Assembly (NCBI GenBank): GCA_963723055.1
Contig: CAVROV010000002.1
Span: 98,633 to 162,632, forward strand
Reading direction: 5' to 3'
From: Terriglobia bacterium
GTDB taxonomy: Bacteria; Acidobacteriota; Terriglobia; Terriglobales; Acidobacteriaceae
Length of the DNA: 64,000 nucleotides
The position numbers were made by a program, and so were the translations under genes. Within the stretch, counting starts at the first letter, position 1. Each line of letters starts with the position of its first letter. This document shows positions 46,128 through 55,363 of the stretch, in pieces. The notes beneath the pieces are model-generated. The model was given only the letters and a program-made list of their open reading frames with translations, ran no database searches and had not been told where the DNA came from.

Positions 46128-46515
46128 TTCGGTAAAGCGCAAGGAGGGTCGGTGCGCTTCTAAACTCGGGGGCTAACGTTCAGCCCTTAGGCGTTTCCAG
46201 TGGCCGCCAGGATTACATAAAGCAACGCCACTCCCACTGCCGCCCATATCCGGAAACTTTTAAACTGTTGTGTCTCGCTCATCTCGTCTGTCCTTTCATC
46301 CTTAAAATCAAAAGGGGGAGGACCATAAGCAGGATCTAACAGTTCGGATCATGCGCCCGCGCCGGCCGGGAACAAATTAAAAGGGTGTTAAAGTCTCTAA
46401 TTCTGTTTGAATGTGCTTCTCGCCGCTTCGCTTTGAAGCCGTGTAAGTCATTGAGAACAGGACACAATGCTTAGATCCGTCCATCCCAAGCCGCAAGCGT
46501 CTCGGGCGGGAACGC

Positions 46516-47916
46516 TTACCAAAAGAACTTCATGAATCCCGTCGGAGGCAAATCAGCGACCACAAATTTCTGCCCGTGGCCCGTGCCTTCCATCAGCGCC
46601 TCAGCCGCGAGATATCCGCTACGGACGGCGCCTTCCATGGTGGCGGGCCAGCCGGTCGCCGTCCAATCGCCTGCGAGCAAAATGCGCGGCCATTGTGTTT
46701 TCGCCTCCGGACGAAACTTGTCGAGCCCGGGAAGAATTGCATAGGTGGCATAGATTTCCTTGATCACCGTAGCCTTGATCAACTTCGCTTGTAACACATC
46801 AGGAAAGAACTCGGCCAGCTCGCGCGTGGCCAGTTCCAGTATTTCTTCGCGCGATTTCTTTACCAGCGACCTGGATGCGCTCACTACCAATTCGACATAG
46901 CTGCCTTGGCCGGCCTGTTCCCGGTTCTCATGGAACTTTGATTTGTGAAACATCCACTGTATGGTGCGATCCAATAACACCGCATGCGGCAGCGGCGTGA
47001 TCTCACGATCAAACCAGAGATGAATCCCCGTGATAGAAGACGGCTCAAACTGCGCGAGCTGTTGCTTGATTGGTTTTGCTGATTCGTCCGCCGGAAGCAG
47101 GCTTGCGACGTTCTGAAATGGCGCGGCCAGCAAGGCGAAATCAAACTGCTGCTCCCCCGAACCAGTCAGCACTCCCACCTGGTCCTGCTTCGGTCCGATG
47201 GCAGTTACTGAGGACCGCAGCAACACCTGGCCTCCGCGCACTTGGATATATTCAATTGCGCTTCCGTACAAATCTGACAATGGAATGCTGGGAAGCCCCA
47301 TTCTGCCGGCCGCAGCAGACTTCATGAATGACTCGCGAAAGACCTGAGTTGCATAGCGCACGGAGATGCGATCCAGGCTCTCATTCAACGCGCTTACCAG
47401 CACCGTCTTCCAGAAGCGCTCAATCGCCTGTTCTGTCTGCTGATGCCGGCGCAGCCATGAAAGAAAATCTTCTGAAGAATCCTCGGGCAGACCACGGCTC
47501 ATCACGGCCATGGCTCGTGCGATCGCGATCTTATCCTTCGTGCTTAGCATTTTCGCGCCAAGAAATGTCGGTACATTGTGCATCGGCGCCGGCAAAAATG
47601 AAGGAGCCATTTTGCTGGCGCGCCCGCCAGGTTCAATGAAAGTCAGTTCGTCAAACCAACGGATCTTCCCGCTCACGCCCAGACGCTCGTAGAAATCAAT
47701 CAGGTTCGTGCAGCAACCCAGCAGCACATGCTGGCAGTTGTCCACCACCTCACCGGTGCCGGGATGTTCGTAAGAAGATGCCCGGCCGCCAACGTAGGGA
47801 CGCCGTTCAAAGATGGTGACGTGTAGTCCGGCGTCGGCCAGCGCGCAGCCCGCAGCCAGGCCAGCAAGCCCGCCGCCTACGATTGCGACACTGTACTGTC
47901 GAGTAACTGCTGTCAT
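46516..47916 (-). CDS. hpnE: hydroxysqualene dehydroxylase HpnE (FAD amine-oxidase family)
   Basis: VAIVGGGLAGLAAG...ERRPYVGGRA dinucleotide fold. Last gene of the hpnCDE triad, with a 4-nt overlap with hpnD. Confidence 0.85.
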   Translation of the reverse strand: MTAVTRQYSVAIVGGGLAGLAAGCALADAGLHVTIFERRPYVGGRASSYEHPGTGEVVDNCQHVLLGCCTNLIDFYERLGVSGKIRWFDELTFIEPGGRASKMAPSFLPAPMHNVPTFLGAKMLSTKDKIAIARAMAVMSRGLPEDSSEDFLSWLRRHQQTEQAIERFWKTVLVSALNESLDRISVRYATQVFRESFMKSAAAGRMGLPSIPLSDLYGSAIEYIQVRGGQVLLRSSVTAIGPKQDQVGVLTGSGEQQFDFALLAAPFQNVASLLPADESAKPIKQQLAQFEPSSITGIHLWFDREITPLPHAVLLDRTIQWMFHKSKFHENREQAGQGSYVELVVSASRSLVKKSREEILELATRELAEFFPDVLQAKLIKATVIKEIYATYAILPGLDKFRPEAKTQWPRILLAGDWTATGWPATMEGAVRSGYLAAEALMEGTGHGQKFVVADLPPTGFMKFFW

Positions 47917-48815
47917 GCGATGCGGAGCAGAAATCCGCGAGAGAGTACTTTCAATTTTTCCCAGAGAGTCAGCCGCACACGCTCCGTGAACACATCATAA
48001 TTGCGGTCCGTGATTTTCTGGAGGAGGCGGCTGTAAATTTCCACCAGGACCCACAATGCGGCCCGGCTGTCTTCATCAATCAGCTCCATCAGCCATTTCG
48101 CTGACTCGTAATACTTGCGCGCGCGTGCAGCTTCGTATTCCAACGCTGGCCGCAATTGCTGAGCCTGCGCCGGGTCTCGTAATATCGCACCCGCAAAGTT
48201 TGCTGCCGCAAGATTGCTACGCACCAGGTCTTCTGCAGGTATATAAATGCGCCCCATGGAAGCGTCTTCCTTTACGTCACGGATAATGTTGGTCAGCTGG
48301 AACGCCAGCCCGCAATCCTCGGCCAGAAATTCGGCTTTAGAGTCTTGATAACCAAAAATCCGGATGCATACCAGCCCTACGACAGACGCCACGTAATAGC
48401 AATATTGCTTCAGGTCTTCAAAGGTGTTGCAGAGGATGGCGGGAGATTCAGCTGAAGCGGGCGGAATGTCCAGATCCAGGCTGGTGCCATATACCAGCTT
48501 TTCAAACAGCTCCGCCGGAATCTTGAATTTGCTTTGCGCGTCGCCGAGGGCCATCAGCACAGGCTCGTCCGTTGCCTTGCCGGCAAAAACTGCCTGCGCG
48601 GCTCCCAGCCATTCGTTCAGCTTCAGCCGCTTCAACTGTGGATCGATACCGGGCTCGTCAGAGATATCGTCGGCGTGGCGCATGAACGCGTATACAGCAC
48701 TCAGCGCGTTGCGTTTTTCTGAGGGCAGCACCATGAAGCCATAATAGAAATTCTTTGCCGCTCGGCGTGAGATCCCCCGGCAAACCGCGTAGGCATGGCT
48801 GAGCTGATCGCTCAC
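47913..48815 (-). CDS. hpnD: presqualene diphosphate synthase HpnD
   Basis: Squalene/phytoene synthase family: NFYYGFMVLPSEKRNALSAVYAFMRHADDISD, NIIRDVKED. The C/D assignment relies on position. Confidence 0.8.
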   Translation of the reverse strand: MSDQLSHAYAVCRGISRRAAKNFYYGFMVLPSEKRNALSAVYAFMRHADDISDEPGIDPQLKRLKLNEWLGAAQAVFAGKATDEPVLMALGDAQSKFKIPAELFEKLVYGTSLDLDIPPASAESPAILCNTFEDLKQYCYYVASVVGLVCIRIFGYQDSKAEFLAEDCGLAFQLTNIIRDVKEDASMGRIYIPAEDLVRSNLAAANFAGAILRDPAQAQQLRPALEYEAARARKYYESAKWLMELIDEDSRAALWVLVEIYSRLLQKITDRNYDVFTERVRLTLWEKLKVLSRGFLLRIA

Positions 48816-49744
48816 AGCAGCTTGCCCATGGCCGCGCGCAGGACCAGGAGAAGTTTGCGGGACTTTGAAATCTCCGGACGCGCTCGCAGCACGTCAAAAC
48901 CCTGCCGTTCGATCGCGTTCAGAATTTCCTGCCCCCCCCGGCTGAACAGCTCAAGATCGATGGCCAGTTCTCGATTGACCATCTTTACCAGCGGGAGGCC
49001 CCGGACAAACCACTCACGCGCACGCTCGACCTCAAACTTCATCATGGCCACAAATTGCGGCGTTGCATGCCGCTGCACAATGTCTTCCCCGGTGACCCCA
49101 AAGCGGCGCAGGTCTTCCAGCGGCAGGTAAATGCGGCCTTTGCCATAATCGACAAAAATGTCCTGCCAGAAATTGGCCAGCTGCAGCGCGGTGCAGGTGT
49201 AGTCAGAAAGTTGCTGCCGCTCTGCATCACTGTAGCCGCAAAGATAAAGCACGAGATGTCCGACGGGGTTCGCCGAATATCGGCAGTAAGCCAGAATATT
49301 TTCAAACGTTTCAAAGCGCGTGACTGTCTGGTCCTGGCGGAAAGCGACCAGCAGGTCAGAAAATTCGTGCTTGGGAATGTTGCATTGCTTCACCGTTTCC
49401 GCCAAGGCGACAAATACCGGGTGCTTTGGCGATCCTGCATAACAAGCATTTAGCTCCGCTTCCCACTGGTCCAGCAGCTCCAGCGACTGCTGCGGGTCAC
49501 CCACTTCGTCGCCTAGATCGTCAGAGATGCGGCAGTATGCGTAAACATTGTAGAAGTGCTGGCGCAGGCGCCTGGGTAGAAACCATGTCGCGACGGAAAA
49601 GTTCTCGTAGTGCGTTTTTGCCAGCCGCTCGCAATATTCGCGCGCTTCCTCCAGGGAAGGGGCTGCAGCCGGAATACGATACGATTCCGGCAGCGCGTTC
49701 CATCCCAGCGGCATGGACGAAGTGCTTGTGCGCGTTACTGACAT
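48812..49744 (-). CDS. hpnC: hydroxysqualene synthase HpnC
   Basis: Squalene/phytoene synthase family: HYENFSVATWFLPRRLR, YCRISDDLGDE, NFWQDIFVD. First of the hpnCDE triad. Confidence 0.8.
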   Translation of the reverse strand: MSVTRTSTSSMPLGWNALPESYRIPAAAPSLEEAREYCERLAKTHYENFSVATWFLPRRLRQHFYNVYAYCRISDDLGDEVGDPQQSLELLDQWEAELNACYAGSPKHPVFVALAETVKQCNIPKHEFSDLLVAFRQDQTVTRFETFENILAYCRYSANPVGHLVLYLCGYSDAERQQLSDYTCTALQLANFWQDIFVDYGKGRIYLPLEDLRRFGVTGEDIVQRHATPQFVAMMKFEVERAREWFVRGLPLVKMVNRELAIDLELFSRGGQEILNAIERQGFDVLRARPEISKSRKLLLVLRAAMGKLL

Positions 49745-49746
49745 GA

Positions 49747-50781
49747 TCAGTGGCCGGGTATGATGGCCGTTTTTATCTGGCTCCCGCGGTCCAGCATCTG
49801 TTGCAGGACTTGCTTGAGTTTGGAGAGAGGCGCTTCACCGGTGACGTAGTCAGTGCTCTTAACGTTCTTTTCCGCAATCAATGAAAACGCTTTCCGAACG
49901 GTCTGCGGCGTGTGATGGAACGTGGCTTTCAGCGTGATTTCAGAATAATGCAGCCGGTTAGTGTCCAGTTCAACCTTGGTTCCGCTGGCGCAGCCGCCAA
50001 AGAAATTCACGACCCCGCCACGGCGGACCATTTCCACCGCCCATTGCCACGTTTGCGGCAGGCCTACGGCTTCAATCACAATGTCAGACCCGCGGCCCTC
50101 GGTAACACCAATCACCCGGTCGATGGGATTATGCGTCTTCCCGACCTGCACTACCTCGTCGGCGCCAAATCTTTTTGCCGCGGCTACCTGCTCGCCGCGT
50201 TTCACGACTGCGATCACTTTGCATCCGGTCAGCTTGGCCACCTGCACCAGCATCAGGCCCAGCGGCCCCGCGCCGATAACCGTTACGGTATCCCCGATGT
50301 CAGCGCCGGTCTCCTGCAACCCGCGCAATGCGCAGGCTAACGGCTCAGTCATGGCCGCCGATTCAAAGCTCAAGTCGTCCGGCAGCGCCAGCATATTGGT
50401 TTCAACAATGCGGCGGGGAATCTTGATGTACTCGGCATAAGCGCCGTTGTTGAACAAAAGGTCTTCGCAGATGTTTTCCTGGTGCTTCAAGCAATAAAAG
50501 CAGGAGCCACAAGGCGCGGAGTTCAGGGCAACGACTTTCATGCCACGGCGGAAGTCACGCACGCCCGGCCCAACCTCTTCAATCACTCCGGAAAGTTCAT
50601 GGCCAAACAGCGCCGGCGGAACAATCATGCGCGCGTGGTAACCGCGCTGGTAAACCTTGAGATCGGTCCCGCAGGTAAGCGCCACATTCACTTTCACCAG
50701 CACTTCACCGGTTTCAAGCGTCGGAATGGGCACCTTCTCAATCTTTATGTCCTCTTTGCCATAGAGGACCGCGGCTGTCAT
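49747..50781 (-). CDS. Zn-dependent medium-chain dehydrogenase/reductase (sorbitol/threonine-DH-like), embedded in the hopanoid operon
   Basis: LTCGTD, FGHE, structural-Zn loop CGSCFYCLKHQENIC, Rossmann VIGAGPLG. Start set at ATG 50781, which has aagga 5 nt upstream. The ORF track start at 50808 would overlap the upstream gene. Confidence 0.85.
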   Translation of the reverse strand: MTAAVLYGKEDIKIEKVPIPTLETGEVLVKVNVALTCGTDLKVYQRGYHARMIVPPALFGHELSGVIEEVGPGVRDFRRGMKVVALNSAPCGSCFYCLKHQENICEDLLFNNGAYAEYIKIPRRIVETNMLALPDDLSFESAAMTEPLACALRGLQETGADIGDTVTVIGAGPLGLMLVQVAKLTGCKVIAVVKRGEQVAAAKRFGADEVVQVGKTHNPIDRVIGVTEGRGSDIVIEAVGLPQTWQWAVEMVRRGGVVNFFGGCASGTKVELDTNRLHYSEITLKATFHHTPQTVRKAFSLIAEKNVKSTDYVTGEAPLSKLKQVLQQMLDRGSQIKTAIIPGH

Positions 50782-50789
50782 TTGTCCTT

Positions 50790-51911
50790 TCAAATATGTT
50801 TCTCCCATTCCATCCCCGGTTGGATGACAATCTTCATTGAATCCGGCGACGGATGCGAAGCCAGATGGATTGCCTCCACTGACTCTGAGAGCGGAAACCG
50901 GTGTGAAATCAACCGGGTAAAATCAATCTCTCCGCTGAACACCAGACGCACGTTTTCTTCCTGCAAATCGACGGACGCACTGTACGAGCCCATTAAGGTC
51001 TTTTCGTCCATGCAGACGGCTGCCGGATCAATCGCCGCTTCGCTCCGCTGCGTCTGCGCAAACAACATGATTTTTCCCCCGGGACGTGTCGCGTCCATTG
51101 CCGGCTTGATCAAACTGTTTCCCGCCGTCGCCAGGATCACAGCGTCTGCCCCGCGTCCGCCGGTAAGCTCCCGTACCCGTTGCGCAGGATCTTCCGGTCC
51201 CGCATTGACATTGTGCTGTAACCCGAATCTCTCACTTATTTTAAGGCGTTGGGGATACAAATCGGAAGTTACTACGGTCGCACCTGTCCGTTTGGCCAGT
51301 GCGGCCAGAATGATACCAATGGGCCCTTGCCCCACAACCAACACGGTTTCATCACTTTGCAGCTGAAGGGATGCAATGGCCTTTAGACATGTATTTACCG
51401 GTTCAATAAATGAAGCCTGTTCGTAAGAAACCTGGTCGGGAATTTTCACCACGCCTTTGCGTACGATCCAATCCATCACGCGGATGTACCCGGCAAAGCC
51501 GCCGCCGCTGGGCTCAAAACCTGCCGTGGCGCCGACGTTTTTGTATACCGGACATTGCGCAAACACCTTTTTTCGGCAGTAATAGCATTCGCCGCATGGA
51601 ATATGATGAAACACCATCACGCGATCGCCGATGACAAAGTTCTTTACACCCAGGCCCAGGGCCACAACCTGTCCAGCCATCTCATGGCCGAAAATGCGGG
51701 GCGCGGAATGCGAGCCAGTCAGAATTTTCTTCAAGTCGGTTCCGCAAATGCCGCAGGTATGCACGCGTACCAGCAATTCTCCCTGGCCAATTTCCGGGAC
51801 CGGGACTGTCTCCAGGCGGACATCGTTCTTACCGTGATAGACAGCAGCTTGCATTGTCCGGATGGGAGCGAGCCTGCCTTCAGCTGATTCGGGTTTGATG
51901 GCGGTTTGCAT
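50790..51911 (-). CDS. Zn-dependent medium-chain dehydrogenase/reductase, embedded in the hopanoid operon
   Basis: CGICGTD, FGHE, structural-Zn loop CGECYYCRKKVFAQC, Rossmann VVGQGPIG. The ATG lies 2 nt after the hpnG stop; an alternative start is at 51854. Confidence 0.85.
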   Translation of the reverse strand: MQTAIKPESAEGRLAPIRTMQAAVYHGKNDVRLETVPVPEIGQGELLVRVHTCGICGTDLKKILTGSHSAPRIFGHEMAGQVVALGLGVKNFVIGDRVMVFHHIPCGECYYCRKKVFAQCPVYKNVGATAGFEPSGGGFAGYIRVMDWIVRKGVVKIPDQVSYEQASFIEPVNTCLKAIASLQLQSDETVLVVGQGPIGIILAALAKRTGATVVTSDLYPQRLKISERFGLQHNVNAGPEDPAQRVRELTGGRGADAVILATAGNSLIKPAMDATRPGGKIMLFAQTQRSEAAIDPAAVCMDEKTLMGSYSASVDLQEENVRLVFSGEIDFTRLISHRFPLSESVEAIHLASHPSPDSMKIVIQPGMEWEKHI

Positions 51912-51913
51912 GA

Positions 51914-52660
51914 TTAACGTTTTGCTTCCAGGAACTCTGCTCTACTGAGTGTAACAATTTCTTTCGACCGCACCCCGCTGGCAAAGTCCTTCTCCAGCCG
52001 GTTGCATAGTGACTCTGTGGCTCGCTTGCTGTTTCTCGCCAAAGCCATAATCCTTGCCCATTGCCACGGCCGCACAGCAGCCCACAAAGCGAACCTGCCG
52101 CTCTGAAACTCTCCAGCAGCGTTCAGAAATTGTCCCATCGGCGGCATGACAAAATCAGCTTCATCAGAAACGGCTTTCACGCAGCGAAACCCAATTTGTT
52201 CCTGTTGTGCAATTCGAGCTACTCCCGCCGCTTCCATATCGACGACCAACCCATGAAAGCGATTTACCAGTGCCCGCTTGGCTTCCACTCCTGCAACTTC
52301 TCCTGAACTAACCAACACTCCACCACTCACGTGGTTGCTATCCGCGGCGCATCGATATTCTGCTCCGTCAGCCGCGTCAACCACCACGTTAGGCGTAAAA
52401 ATGCTGCCGATTTTCAGGCTCCGTATCAGCGCGCCTGCCAGCCCAACAGATATCAGAAGCGTCGGCCGATATTGCGCCACAATTGCGCGGGTCGCCAGAT
52501 CCGCATTCTTGCACCCGATTCCAGAAACGACCGCAAGGACGCCATCGCGTTGAAATAGCATGAAATTTTTTTCGCTTGAAGAAAGCATGACTCTTTGCCA
52601 TCCGCGCACCAGTGGCGAGATCTCTCGCTCCATAGCAGCGATGATTGCGATCGTGCTCAT
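51914..52660 (-). CDS. hpnG: hopanoid-associated phosphorylase / adenosylhopane nucleosidase HpnG (PNP/MTAN fold)
   Basis: IAIIAAMEREI N-terminus, VVDMEAAGVA block of the nucleoside phosphorylase-I family. Located between hpnA and the hpnCDE side of the locus. Confidence 0.8.
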   Translation of the reverse strand: MSTIAIIAAMEREISPLVRGWQRVMLSSSEKNFMLFQRDGVLAVVSGIGCKNADLATRAIVAQYRPTLLISVGLAGALIRSLKIGSIFTPNVVVDAADGAEYRCAADSNHVSGGVLVSSGEVAGVEAKRALVNRFHGLVVDMEAAGVARIAQQEQIGFRCVKAVSDEADFVMPPMGQFLNAAGEFQSGRFALWAAVRPWQWARIMALARNSKRATESLCNRLEKDFASGVRSKEIVTLSRAEFLEAKR

Positions 52661-53676
52661 GCATTCACCGTCGCAACCTGATCCAGCTCTTCAACATATC
52701 CATGCTCCTGGAACCAATCGACGGCACGACGCAGCGCATTTTCAACAGGTATAACCTTGTAGCCGAGTTCCCGCTCGGCCTTTGCCGACGATGCAAACAT
52801 TTTCTTGCGGCCCATCTTCACCGCGTCAACGGTAGCCCGAGGCTCTTTGCCCAGAATTGTCCCGGTAAAGAACTGGTCAAATACCGCAAATCCCATGGCG
52901 ACCATGTGAGGAACCTGCATCGTTGGCGCCCGTAGGCCAGTGATTACGGAGAGCTTGTCGAGGATCTGTTTCAACGTCAGATTCTCACCACCCAGGATGT
53001 AACGCTGGCCCGGCCGCGCCTTTTCCATAGCCAGCAAGTGCCCGCGCGCCACTTCCTTCACGTCGGCCAGATTCAGCCCGGTATCAACGTAGGCAGGAAA
53101 TTTTCGCTTGAGGAAATCGACCACGATCCTTCCTGTCGGCGTTGGCTTGATGTCATACTCGCCAATCGGCGTCGTGGGATTTACTACCACTACGTTCGCG
53201 CCGCTGATCCCTGCTTCCAGGGCAATCTGCTCTGCCATGAATTTTGACCGCTTGTAATGTCCCACCATTTCTTTGATCGAAACCGGCGAGTCCTCTCCAG
53301 CGATGAGACCTTCGCGCGTGAAGCCCATCGTGGCTACGGAACTGGTATAGATCACGCGATGCACGCCGCTTTCCTGCGCGGCGCGGATAATCGCCCGCGT
53401 GCCTTCGACGTTCGAACGGTACATCTGCGCCGGATCGCGCACCCACAGCCGGTAGTCGGCGGCCACGTGGAATACAAATTCACAGCCGGCCATCGCTTTT
53501 TTCAGCGATTCCAGATCGCGCAGATCGCCAGTGGCTGTTTCAGCCCGCAGGTCGGCGATGTTGTCCAGACGGCTTGTCGAACGAACGAGCAATCGCAGCT
53601 CAGCCCCTTGCGCCGCCAATGCTCGCGCCACATGGCTGCCGACAAATCCCGTCGCTCCTGTGATGAAGACTTTCAT
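52657..53676 (-). CDS. hpnA: hopanoid-associated NAD-dependent sugar epimerase/dehydratase HpnA
   Basis: MKVFITGATGFVGSHV, the YKRSK catalytic Y-x3-K. Context and size match HpnA. Confidence 0.8.
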   Translation of the reverse strand: MKVFITGATGFVGSHVARALAAQGAELRLLVRSTSRLDNIADLRAETATGDLRDLESLKKAMAGCEFVFHVAADYRLWVRDPAQMYRSNVEGTRAIIRAAQESGVHRVIYTSSVATMGFTREGLIAGEDSPVSIKEMVGHYKRSKFMAEQIALEAGISGANVVVVNPTTPIGEYDIKPTPTGRIVVDFLKRKFPAYVDTGLNLADVKEVARGHLLAMEKARPGQRYILGGENLTLKQILDKLSVITGLRAPTMQVPHMVAMGFAVFDQFFTGTILGKEPRATVDAVKMGRKKMFASSAKAERELGYKVIPVENALRRAVDWFQEHGYVEELDQVATVNA

Positions 53677-53722
53677 GCTTTATCTTTAATCCCGAGTGCA
53701 GCGAAGCATGCTAAAGAAGAAA

Positions 53723-54151
53723 CTACTCCAGCGCTTCCGCCTGGATCCCGATGTTCTTTTCCCCTGCAGCCTTTTTCTCCCAGTACTTTCGCACCCAGGC
53801 CTCAAAGCTTTTTCCCGCGGCAGTATCGCGTCCGCTGAAGGCCAGCGCGGCGATCTCTGAATATGGAATGGAAATTTTCTGGTCCGCGTCCTTGGGGAAA
53901 AGTCGCACTGCGGAATCGGCCAGGGTTTTGCCTGTACGCCGGTCAAAAATGTAACCTTCGACCTTGCTGCCATCTTTGCGAGTAATGGTCACGTCACCAC
54001 GGTAATCGAAGGCTTTCTCCAGAGCCTGCCGTACCTCTTCCTCGCCCGCTAATTCCGGTACCCAGCCTTCCAGCTTTTCATGCTTGAATCCCGGCGCGAC
54101 TTCCATCGAGTCGGCGTTCTTGATCGCGTTGCTTTCTGACGGACCGGTCAT
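53723..54151 (-). CDS. hypothetical protein translationally coupled to hpnH
   Basis: 142-aa soluble-looking ORF. Its ATG overlaps the hpnH stop (ATGA at 54148-54151). No family recognised. Confidence 0.6.
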   Translation of the reverse strand: MTGPSESNAIKNADSMEVAPGFKHEKLEGWVPELAGEEEVRQALEKAFDYRGDVTITRKDGSKVEGYIFDRRTGKTLADSAVRLFPKDADQKISIPYSEIAALAFSGRDTAAGKSFEAWVRKYWEKKAAGEKNIGIQAEALE

Positions 54152-55275
54152 GCGCTGGTCTCCTCATACTGGCTGGAAGATTCTTCAATCTGCACGAGCG
54201 GGTTGTAGCTGTGCACCGGCCGCACATGCTCATTCAACAGTTTCATCGCGTGTTCATCTTTATGGCGGGTGAAGATCGTCGCTTTTGCCGTGGCCAGCAT
54301 GCCGCGGAGCGAACTAAACGTTTCATTCACCGCCGACGCCTCATAGCCGCTATGTACCATGCAGTTGGCGCACTTCGGATTGCCCGATTCCGTTCCGTAT
54401 TCTTCCCAAGCCGTACTGTCCATCAACTCCTGGAATGTGTCGGCATAACCGTCCTGAAGCAGGTAGCACGGCTTTTGCCAGCCAAAAATGTTGTAGGTGG
54501 GCATGCCCCAGGGAGTGCAGGCATACTGACGCTCACCCATCAGGAAGTCGAGGAACAACGGCGACTGGTTGAACTGCCAGCTCTTCTTGCGGTTCGAAAG
54601 GATGGCGCGAAACAGTTTGCGCGTGCGCGCCCGGCCAAGAAAATGTTTCTGGTCCGGCGCTTTGTCGTAGGAGTATCCGGGCGAAAGCATCATGCCCTCT
54701 ACGCCCAGTTCCATCATCTGGTCAAAATGTTCGCGGACACTATTGGGATCGGCTCCATCGAACAATGTGGTGTTTGTGGTCACGCGAAAGCCGCGCCGCA
54801 GCGCTTCCTTCATGCCTTCAATGGCCTGATCGTATCCACCTTCGCGACAGACGGAAAAATCATGATGCTCCCGCTCGCCATCCACGTGGACCGAAAACGT
54901 CAGGTATTTGCTCGGCTTGAACAGATCGAGCTTTTCTTTGAGCAGCAGCGCATTGGTGCAGAGATAGATATATTTCTGCCGCGCCACCAATCCTTCCACA
55001 ATCTTGCCGATCTGGGGATGCATCAACGGCTCGCCGCCGGGAATACTTACCATGGGAGCGCCGCATTCATCCACCGCGCGGAAGCATTGCTCGGGCGTAA
55101 GTTCCTTCTTCAGGATGTGCGCCGGATACTGGATTTTGCCACAGCCCGCACACGCGAGGTTGCAGCGAAATAGCGGCTCCAGCATCAACACCAGCGGATA
55201 GCGCTTGCGTCTGGCCAGCTTTTGTTTGACAACGTAGCTCGCCACCGTCCACATCTGTGAAATTGGTACCGGCAA
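54148..55275 (-). CDS. hpnH: adenosyl-hopene transferase HpnH (radical SAM)
   Basis: [27 protein letters not shown] radical-SAM cluster. TTG start at 55275 with AGGAGA 6 nt upstream. The longer ORF to 55416 would overlap shc. Confidence 0.9.
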   Translation of the reverse strand: MPVPISQMWTVASYVVKQKLARRKRYPLVLMLEPLFRCNLACAGCGKIQYPAHILKKELTPEQCFRAVDECGAPMVSIPGGEPLMHPQIGKIVEGLVARQKYIYLCTNALLLKEKLDLFKPSKYLTFSVHVDGEREHHDFSVCREGGYDQAIEGMKEALRRGFRVTTNTTLFDGADPNSVREHFDQMMELGVEGMMLSPGYSYDKAPDQKHFLGRARTRKLFRAILSNRKKSWQFNQSPLFLDFLMGERQYACTPWGMPTYNIFGWQKPCYLLQDGYADTFQELMDSTAWEEYGTESGNPKCANCMVHSGYEASAVNETFSSLRGMLATAKATIFTRHKDEHAMKLLNEHVRPVHSYNPLVQIEESSSQYEETSA

Positions 55276-55363
55276 ATCAGGTCTCCTAAATTCTTTTTTT
55301 ACAGCCGAGGGCGGCTGTGCTCCAAAATCGTCGTGGACCGCAGGCGCCCTCGCCTGCGAACAT

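Noticed and set aside
54211-55173. 320-aa ORF on the plus strand
   Set aside because: Antisense to hpnH (radical-SAM CxxxCxxC present on the minus strand), and the composition is Arg/His-rich.
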